46,505 bases of DNA from an uncultured archaeon (lineage in GTDB: Archaea > Thermoplasmatota > Penumbrarchaeia > JASLWR01), in assembly GCA_964430885.1 (NCBI GenBank), contig CAYSHM010000026.1:1-46505 (forward strand), written 5' to 3'. Within the stretch, counting starts at the first letter, position 1. Each line of letters begins with the position of its first letter. The notes under the pieces are model-generated. The model was not told where the DNA came from, did no database searches, and worked only from the letters and a program-made list of their open reading frames with translations. Below, piece by piece: positions 39,832 through 46,505 of the stretch. The position numbers and the translations under genes were made by a program.

Positions 39832-41031
39832 TTATCTGCTGCGGGTTCTCTTCAGTGTCAAGACCGCTCCTGTAAGGAAGACCAAAATGAATCCTGCTAA
39901 AGCAAATAGGTCCAACCAAATATCGGTCAATCCCCATCCCCTGAGAAGTACAGACCTCAGAGCCTTTATTGCATAGGTTACAGGTATGAAATAAGACGCT
40001 GGGCGCAACCAAACGGGTATAGCCTCTAGAGGCCAGAATATCCCAGAAAGAAGAAAGGCCGGTAGAATTATCAGAGGCAGGAACTGAATGGCCTGTGATT
40101 CTCGGTGTGCAGCACTGCTCAGTAATATTCCGAGGGATATGCTCACAACTGCCAGCATGGAAGCAATAATGAAAGCTAGAAGCGGATTCCCCACAACCAT
40201 TATATCGAACACAACTATGGCCAAACCCATGAGAATACCGACCTGTATCATTCCAGTAACACTGAAAGCAGCAGCATAGCCAATGACTATCTCTCCCTCG
40301 GTAACAGGCGTTGCCAACAATCGCTGGAGTGTTCCCTGGGTCTTCTCCCCAACAAATGTTATTAGTGTGAGAATGGTGGTAAGCATGAAGATCGCAAAAC
40401 CGATTATTCCTGGAACGAACATATCAATGAACTCTGCGTTCTTTCCATATACTGGTTCTGAAGTATCGATTGATGCAGGTGACTTGAAACTCCTCTCCTC
40501 AAATATGTCCATTAAGGCTTCCCGAAAGCTCAATTGGATGGCGCTGGCTACATTGACATTGGTCTGATCTGAATGAATACTCAGCGCAGGATCGGTGGTC
40601 ATTTCTGAGCCAGATGTATTATTGGTAACGTTGGTATCATAGTTATTGTTGTTTTTTAGCAAATTCAATTTGATCATTATCTGATAAGTGAAATTCCCGG
40701 GAAATACAACAACCGAATAGCCGTCGCCCTTCTCAACCTCTCTTATAGCCTTTTCCACATCATCCATATATCTAATATTTACAACATCCCGGTCAACCTT
40801 TTCCAGAACGGCTTTGGACAAATAGAGGGTTTGGTTGGTGACAGGGTCCTTATACCCTCCATCCAAATTAACAACAATTACATCCACTTCCCTAACCTCG
40901 CCGCTGAAGGCAACCCCGAAGAGCAGCATTGCAAGTATGGGCGCCAATATTATAAGGGCCATGCTCCTCCGATCGTGTTTCAGGGTCCAGAATATCTTCT
41001 TTGTGACCATTAAAGCTCTGTGGAAATTCAT
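39832..41031 (-). CDS. ABC-2 type permease (YbhS/YhhJ-like)
   Basis: HDRRSMALIILAPI, large loop, FVPGIIGF, EKTQGTLQRLLATPV, LLSGIFWPLEAIPVWL..IPVTY. Confidence 0.92.
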   Translation of the reverse strand: MNFHRALMVTKKIFWTLKHDRRSMALIILAPILAMLLFGVAFSGEVREVDVIVVNLDGGYKDPVTNQTLYLSKAVLEKVDRDVVNIRYMDDVEKAIREVEKGDGYSVVVFPGNFTYQIMIKLNLLKNNNNYDTNVTNNTSGSEMTTDPALSIHSDQTNVNVASAIQLSFREALMDIFEERSFKSPASIDTSEPVYGKNAEFIDMFVPGIIGFAIFMLTTILTLITFVGEKTQGTLQRLLATPVTEGEIVIGYAAAFSVTGMIQVGILMGLAIVVFDIMVVGNPLLAFIIASMLAVVSISLGILLSSAAHRESQAIQFLPLIILPAFLLSGIFWPLEAIPVWLRPASYFIPVTYAIKALRSVLLRGWGLTDIWLDLFALAGFILVFLTGAVLTLKRTRSR

Positions 41032-41819
41032 TTACCATCACCTTCATTATTGACTGTCATATTATCAAATTCATTATCACCTTCTGCCAGATACAGAAAG
41101 GCATCTTCAAGATTGTTCGTTCCGGTCAGATCCATTATTCCCTGCGGAGTATCCTGTGCTATCAGTTTTCCATCCCTCATCAATCCGATCCTGTCGCAAT
41201 GCCTGGCCTCATCCATGTAATGGGTAGTTATTAGTATCGTAACGCCTTTCTTTTTTTCACGATTGAATGTGCTCCAGAATCCCGCTCTCAGCGGGGGATC
41301 AACACCTACCGTAGGTTCGTCCAGAAATAATAATTTGGGAGAATGGATCATTGACGCAGAAAGGGATACCCTGTGTCTCTGCCCACCGCTGAGCTTGGAT
41401 AGAATGAAATGCCGTCGATCATAAAGGTCGACAAGTCCCAATACCTCTTTCTCCCGTTTCAAATAACCTTTATTTGAAGAATTGTAAACTCCCCAGAACA
41501 TCTTCAGATTCTCACGAATGGTCAGATCGGGATAGAGGGCCGTCTCCTGAGGCATATAACCTATGCTGTAGGGAATAGACTTGTGGCCCATCATCTTACC
41601 CAAAATCTGCCCGTACCCTGAATCTGGTCTGACAAGTCCGCATAGTATCTTAATGGTGGTGGTTTTTCCGGAACCGTTGGGGCCCACAAGGCCGTATACC
41701 TCGCCTTTCTTTACAATCAGGTCAAGAGAATCCACAGCCTTAACATCTCCATAATTTTTCTTCAGATTCTTGGTATATATGGCCTTTTTATCAATGGTGA
41801 TATTACCTTTATCTTTCAT
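41028..41819 (-). CDS. ABC-2 (DrrA-like) ATP-binding protein
   Basis: GPNGSGKTT, LSGGQRHRV, LLFLDEPTVGVDP, TTHYMDEA; 4-nt overlaps with both neighbours. Confidence 0.95.
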   Translation of the reverse strand: MKDKGNITIDKKAIYTKNLKKNYGDVKAVDSLDLIVKKGEVYGLVGPNGSGKTTTIKILCGLVRPDSGYGQILGKMMGHKSIPYSIGYMPQETALYPDLTIRENLKMFWGVYNSSNKGYLKREKEVLGLVDLYDRRHFILSKLSGGQRHRVSLSASMIHSPKLLFLDEPTVGVDPPLRAGFWSTFNREKKKGVTILITTHYMDEARHCDRIGLMRDGKLIAQDTPQGIMDLTGTNNLEDAFLYLAEGDNEFDNMTVNNEGDGK

Positions 41820-42436
41820 TGAACGGCTCCCTCCATTTCACTTCTTAGACCAGTAATATAAAATTCTACGAATCCCCGTATAACAACTTCATCTAATTCA
41901 ATGAACTTATCCGTACCGAAAAAGGCATGTGAAATCGCAGAGCTGAAAAAGAAACTAAAAAAGGTCAGAGCCGCCATTTTCGTGTCCACGGAGCCTACAA
42001 AATTCCTATCCTTACATTTTTGGAAGTAGTCATTCAGACTGCAGATGAACTGTGTAGGAGCATTGGAGACATTCGCCCATATATCTGGAAAATTCCCGCT
42101 CTCCGTAAGAACTAGTTTGAGCACCGTTAATCGGGGTCTCATTTCACTTAGCAAGGTCAATCCGATTATTGTCAGGTCCCCGATCAAATCACCTGATGGT
42201 TCAGGCATTTTATTTATCATAGAGACCGAAATATCAATCTGTTCATCTATCATGCTAATGAACAATCCGGATTTCGTCCCGAAATTTCTGAATATGGTCA
42301 ATTCATTGACCTGGGCTTCTTCTGCAATTGCCCTTGTGGTCGTCCCTTTATATCCCCTTTGGGAGAATAGCCTGAAGGAAGCTTCAAGTATCCTTTCCCT
42401 TATGCTCTCTGATACATAGTTCGAAATATTTTTCAT
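41816..42436 (-). CDS. TetR/AcrR family transcriptional regulator
   Basis: RERILEASFRLFSQRGYKGTTTRAIAEEAQVNELTIFRNFGTKSGLF is a TetR HTH. Confidence 0.95.
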   Translation of the reverse strand: MKNISNYVSESIRERILEASFRLFSQRGYKGTTTRAIAEEAQVNELTIFRNFGTKSGLFISMIDEQIDISVSMINKMPEPSGDLIGDLTIIGLTLLSEMRPRLTVLKLVLTESGNFPDIWANVSNAPTQFICSLNDYFQKCKDRNFVGSVDTKMAALTFFSFFFSSAISHAFFGTDKFIELDEVVIRGFVEFYITGLRSEMEGAVQ

Positions 42437-42454
42437 TATTCACAGCCCCAATAG

Positions 42455-42470
42455 GTAAGCAAGTGCTTAC
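42455..42470. promoter_or_regulatory. Candidate TetR operator
   Basis: Perfect 7-2-7 inverted repeat GTAAGCA-AG-TGCTTAC, 18 nt upstream of the TetR start. Confidence 0.75.
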
Positions 42471-42655
42471 ATTATTGAATTCGAATATATCAATTTTTCA
42501 TTCCAAATGAATCCCTGTGTAATTCACTGATAGACCTGCACATCCCTATATCATCAAATAGATACTTCTAAATGCACAAAGGCATCATTTTTTTCACAAA
42601 ACCTATATACAAAATGGACTTATTCAGGGTGAGAACGAAATAGAAGGTGATAACA

Positions 42656-42814
42656 ATGTCAAAGGGTACTCCTTCAATGGGAAAACGTAACAAGAAGACC
42701 CACATTCGATGCAGAAGATGCGGGAACAATGCATACCACGCTAGAAAAAGAGAATGTGCATCCTGCGGGTTCGGTGTTACATCCAAGAGAAGGGAATTCA
42801 ACTGGATTAAATAA
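42656..42814 (+). CDS. rpl37e: 50S ribosomal protein L37e (52 aa)
   Basis: Hand translation [52 protein letters not shown]; C4 zinc finger; SD GGTGA at 42646-42650. Below the ORF-track length cutoff. Confidence 0.97.
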   Translation: MSKGTPSMGKRNKKTHIRCRRCGNNAYHARKRECASCGFGVTSKRREFNWIK

Positions 42815-43030
42815 TCTTGAAATACTTAATTATCTCATGGTTTGAGAAACAGATTGTTTAATCCCAAACCTTCCTTTTCATTTCTTATTATTTTTAACCA
42901 AAGGGTTAGCTTTTTAACAACCTTTTCTTTTATAGATACGCGGATTTTTGGACAACTCTGTTCAAGGTCATTATCATTCACAACATCCAAGGTGAATGAT
43001 AAAAATCCTAAATTAAAGGACGTGTATGTT

Positions 43031-44128
43031 ATGAACGAGCAGATAGACCCTAGGATATATGAGAAGAGATGGGACAGGATAATCAAAGAACTTGAAAAAA
43101 ATGAAAAGGATGCTTTTATCGTATCTAACCCAGGAAATGTCAGATACCTTTCTTGTGCTCACATACCATCCTTTCCGCTTCTGAATCACATTGTTGTAGA
43201 AAGGGACGGAAAAGTAACCGGTATTACATCATCCCTTGAAAAGTTCAGAGCTTTAGAAGAAGCCCATGTTGATGAACTTCTGATCTTCACGACATATCCT
43301 GGCATCCATTCTGACGGCAAAACCCCTATTGGAACTTTGAAGAAATTGATAAAGGAAAAGGGATGGAAGAACGCCTTGATAGACAACCCAGTCAACACCC
43401 GATTGGTTAAAAAGGATACCTCAGGTTTGATCACAAAGATGAGAATGAGAAAGGACCCGCTTGAATTGAAGTTCATTCAAACCGCTGCTGAGATAACTGA
43501 TAGAGGAGCGGAGGAACTTCCGGAGCTTATTGACCCCGGGCTTTCTGAGAGACAGATCGCCAAGGAACTGAACCACATTCTCAGGGACGATGAGCGGGTG
43601 CAGACTGAAGCCTTTGAGACAATAATTGCTAGTGGTACAAAATCTGCCTTCTCACATCACGATGTTACAGATAGAAAGATAGAAAAAGGGGATGTAGTGA
43701 TCTGTGATTTCGGTGTTTATGTCAACGGATACTGTTCTGACTGTACAAGAACATTCTTTGCCGGAAATCCATCTGATGAAATGACGGACATCTATGAATT
43801 GGTACTGGAAGGGCAAGAATTGGGAATAGAGAGCGCGGTAAAAGGAAAAACCTACGGCAGTATAGACGAGAATATCAGGGATCTTTTTAAACAGACCGAT
43901 CATCACAAATATTTCGTTCATTCCACCGGTCACGGCATTGGACTGGAGGTACACGAAGCACCCAATGGTATCAGGATCGGAATGAAAACGAAGATCGAAG
44001 AGGACCACATATTCACTGTAGAACCTGGAATATATATACCAGGGCAGGGAGGGGTGAGGATCGAGGATGATATACTTATCAAGGATGGAAAACCCGTAAG
44101 CCTCACAAAATCCCCCAAAACATTGTGA
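43031..44128 (+). CDS. Xaa-Pro peptidase (M24B, prolidase/aminopeptidase P family), about 365 aa
   Basis: Creatinase-N-like N-terminus (SNPGNVRYLS), DFGVYVNGYCSDCTRT, HSTGHGIGLEVHEAP, TVEPGIY, GGVRIEDD. Start moved to ATG 43031. Confidence 0.95.
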   Translation: MNEQIDPRIYEKRWDRIIKELEKNEKDAFIVSNPGNVRYLSCAHIPSFPLLNHIVVERDGKVTGITSSLEKFRALEEAHVDELLIFTTYPGIHSDGKTPIGTLKKLIKEKGWKNALIDNPVNTRLVKKDTSGLITKMRMRKDPLELKFIQTAAEITDRGAEELPELIDPGLSERQIAKELNHILRDDERVQTEAFETIIASGTKSAFSHHDVTDRKIEKGDVVICDFGVYVNGYCSDCTRTFFAGNPSDEMTDIYELVLEGQELGIESAVKGKTYGSIDENIRDLFKQTDHHKYFVHSTGHGIGLEVHEAPNGIRIGMKTKIEEDHIFTVEPGIYIPGQGGVRIEDDILIKDGKPVSLTKSPKTL

Positions 44129-44221
44129 ATATTATCTTCATTGATAATTTTAACAATAAAAAAGGGTAATATGCACAATTTTCTATCTTACCATATACAT
44201 ACCGATCTATGCGGTAAAAAT

Positions 44222-45001
44222 CTATTGTTCATTATTGTAGGTATAATAAGTTGATCGTGTCTTTCCCTGCTTCAATATCTTACCCATTTCAATCAGTTCT
44301 CTAAGGTCGATCTGAAGAACGCGTCTAGATACCCCGGGAAAAATTCGTTCAATATCGTTGATCTTGAGCTTCTTACCCCTATTGGCAAAGAAAAAGAGTG
44401 AGATCTTTCCCCTCCGTTTCTCCAGCTTGCCCTTCCCTTCATCCTTTTTTCTCCGCCTTCTCCTGCTGACAGTTTGTATGGTATGTTTACGTGGAGATTC
44501 CTTCTTATAGGATATTATCTTATCTTGGCTGCCCGGACCGCCATCACCTACTGGACCTCCTGAAACGGTTTCAAGATCAGGATCGAATAGCGAGGGAACC
44601 TTAGCAGCAACTGAGGAACGAATAACCGTCTTCTCTGAGACCTTCCGGGATTTAACTGGTTTTTTCTTTGTACCTTTTCTCGGAGAGCGGACCCTACTTC
44701 CCGATACAAAGTTTTCCGGAACTGATTTTTTGGACATAATATCAATTACATATTCTGGCATGCTAGGCAATATTGAGGTTCTTATGGAAAAACCTCCGGA
44801 AAAATCTGATGTTCTATTGGCCAATACCAGAGCAGATTTGACTGCTGATGGTTTACCGGTAAATACTATTGTTACCAATCCTCCGCCTAGAATGTACCTT
44901 CCCAATATCTTGATCTTTACAGATCTGGAAATGGAATCCACGGCCATAAAGGCATCCAGAAGTCCACGCGTTTCAATAATTCCTACAGTTTTGCCTTTCA
45001 T
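44222..45001 (-). CDS. BMC shell-domain protein fused through a basic linker to a C-terminal winged HTH
   Basis: N-terminal VGIIETRGLLDAFMAVD..GGGLVTIVFTGKPSAVKSAL matches the EutM/PduA/CcmK pattern; Lys/Arg-rich linker; C-terminal INDIERIFPGVSRRVLQIDLRELIEMGKILKQGKTRSTYY is DeoR-like wHTH. Confidence 0.85.
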   Translation of the reverse strand: MKGKTVGIIETRGLLDAFMAVDSISRSVKIKILGRYILGGGLVTIVFTGKPSAVKSALVLANRTSDFSGGFSIRTSILPSMPEYVIDIMSKKSVPENFVSGSRVRSPRKGTKKKPVKSRKVSEKTVIRSSVAAKVPSLFDPDLETVSGGPVGDGGPGSQDKIISYKKESPRKHTIQTVSRRRRRKKDEGKGKLEKRRGKISLFFFANRGKKLKINDIERIFPGVSRRVLQIDLRELIEMGKILKQGKTRSTYYTYNNEQ

Positions 45002-45044
45002 TACTACACTTCCGTTCTATTCCAATAATTTCCAATCCTTCATT

Positions 45045-45581
45045 TTAATAGTATATCATTTGGTCGATCTGGTCACTTTTCGCCATGATAGTCGAATCAA
45101 TAATGTCAACATTATGGTCATCCCTCAGTTTAGCAAAATAGTCCTCTATCATGTATATCTTGCCGGATAGGAAGATAATACCAGTCATTTTCTCATAATT
45201 GAAATAAAAACCGACAACCTTCACATTGGTGTTTTTCAAGGCCGCATCCAAACACAATACCGCCGGGGTGTATCCTTTCACATCAATTACCCCCAGGTCT
45301 GCCCTGGGATGAAGGGTTTTTGGTTTCGTTATCCATTTAAGCAATCGTGGATGAGGGGAATGTATAATTGAAGCTTTGTAAAATAGCCCTTTCCTTTGAA
45401 AATCAATACTATCCAAGAGGACTGGAAGTTCAGTTCTGCTTCCAGATAGAACTGAAATAAAGTGTGCAGAGTCAGTATAACGGTTATATTCAATCTTTAC
45501 CTCACCTCTTCTGGAAATCAGAGACATAATGAAAAATCCGGATGATGCCGTATCCGCTTCAATTATCGCAACACTATTCAA
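45045..45581 (-). CDS. Divergent tandem-BMC (BMC-T, PduT-like) shell protein
   Basis: Two BMC-like halves: SVAIIEADTASSG..FISVLSG..IIHSPHP and LGVIDVKGYTPAVLCLDAALKNTNVKVV; 178 aa; TTG start after GAGG; lies between two other BMC genes. Confidence 0.7.
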   Translation of the reverse strand: MNSVAIIEADTASSGFFIMSLISRRGEVKIEYNRYTDSAHFISVLSGSRTELPVLLDSIDFQRKGLFYKASIIHSPHPRLLKWITKPKTLHPRADLGVIDVKGYTPAVLCLDAALKNTNVKVVGFYFNYEKMTGIIFLSGKIYMIEDYFAKLRDDHNVDIIDSTIMAKSDQIDQMIYY

Positions 45582-45723
45582 TACAATCGCCTCTGCGTCT
45601 ACAATTTCATTTTCATTGGGATCTAGGACTTATCGGATGGAGCAATCAGCCGATCAAAGGATCTGGATACTTATCGGGTTTGAAACAGGAGGGAAAAACC
45701 CGTTTCTCACGATGAAGGTCTAA

Positions 45724-45999
45724 TCAGTTTTCGTAAATCATTTCCCCGTGGATATCCAAAGTATCCAGTATGCCAATTATTGTTGCATCGATCATGGGTG
45801 ATTTACCTACGGATTGACTCACTAGAACCACATTTCCCAGAGAGGCGCCTATACGGTCCTCACATACCATTGATGTCCCGTCAGGTCTCATATTCATGGG
45901 ATTCAAAGGTAGAACCAGTAGGTATTTACTTCCTTCAAGACCCTTTGCCTGGATTGTGCTTGTCGGAGTTCCAACAACTTTACATATCTTCATACTCAT
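45724..45999 (-). CDS. EutN/CcmL family microcompartment vertex (BMC-P) protein
   Basis: MKICKVVGTPTST..LEGSKYLLV.P..VCEDRIGASLGNVVLVSQ..IDATIIGILD. The real start may be ATG 45993. Confidence 0.9.
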   Translation of the reverse strand: MSMKICKVVGTPTSTIQAKGLEGSKYLLVLPLNPMNMRPDGTSMVCEDRIGASLGNVVLVSQSVGKSPMIDATIIGILDTLDIHGEMIYEN

Positions 46000-46505
46000 T
46001 CCTCTTCACAATAGGACATTGAACATATCCCAAAAAGCTTAATTTTAATTTCGTAATAATCCTCATTGATTTAGGACACTTTTTATTAGCCGGTCATCGA
46101 AATTACGATAGACATTTAATTAAATTTGCAGATGTAGAGAAATAATAGATATTACCAAATAAACTGGAGATTATTCCACTGTTATATTTATAATAAAAAT
46201 ATATGATTATAATATAAAAATGTTCCTTTTGGAATTCAGGATTTGTTAAAATAGAAGTAAACCTGGTTTTTGTTTATCATTTAGCCAACAAGATAAAAAG
46301 TTAAAAAGTATCGGAAAGAAAAATATTGCTTTTATTAATAGGGACATGAATGATTTTCAGTAACTATTTTAAAAATCGGTAAAATATTCAAGCCCCAAAG
46401 CAAATGAAAAATATAAATTAAATATCAACAAAATTTAATTAAAGCTACTTATGAGCCCGCCTGAGTAATCCAATATCAAACCCCTGCTCATCCCTCCCCG
46501 CCTAT

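Noticed and set aside
42568-42801. 77-aa minus-strand ORF
   Set aside because: Antisense shadow of rpl37e.
42842-43030. 63-aa N-terminal extension of the M24 peptidase
   Set aside because: AT-rich, intergenic-like sequence; family similarity begins near ATG 43031.
45620-45678. Imperfect direct repeat GATCT..ACTTATCGG between the BMC-P and BMC-T genes
   Set aside because: Only two short imperfect copies; cannot be distinguished from chance.
46435-46505. Possible 3' end of a minus-strand gene (..RRGGMSRGLILDYSGGLISSFN*) upstream of the BMC cluster
   Set aside because: Too short at the window edge to identify; worth checking in the adjacent window for BMC cargo genes.
1-46505. Prepilin peptidase, pilus ATPase/platform, archaeosortase, transposase/integrase, tRNA or rRNA
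   Set aside because: None recognised in this window; any processing enzymes would have to be encoded elsewhere.

Overview
Archaeal DNA, as shown by a clear rpl37e gene at 42656-42814 that the ORF track missed, archaeal type IV pilin signals, TATA-like boxes and GGTGA/GGAG ribosome-binding sites. The protein styles suggest Thermoplasmata, which is an inference. About 32 kb (3934-35813) is a tandem array of five paralogous giant surface-protein genes (about 1560-2410 aa). Each has a hairpin+T terminator, and four have their own TATA-like box. All five have the same layout: N-terminal hydrophobic signal, variable ligand-binding domains, conserved stalk, TPSF + TM helix + basic cluster (resembling a PGF-CTERM archaeosortase signal), then in the same frame an internal class III signal peptide (xDG/VSPVIAIILMVAITIVLAGVL) and an almost invariant 161-aa archaeal type IV pilin. 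They therefore look like adhesin-pilin polyproteins. Genes 3-5 each carry four ALK/LTK-type glycine-rich domains; genes 1-2 carry beta-sandwich domains at equivalent positions. Gene 1 has an in-frame TAG after its signal region. Flanking genes are a divergent large membrane-anchored protein with a double zinc ribbon, a LolD/FtsX-MacB-type ABC system, a TetR-ABC-2 operon with a candidate operator, rpl37e and an M24 Xaa-Pro peptidase. Unexpectedly for an archaeon, the window ends with three bacterial microcompartment (BMC) shell genes: EutN/CcmL pentamer, tandem BMC, and BMC fused to a winged HTH. All family assignments are by eye; no searches were run.
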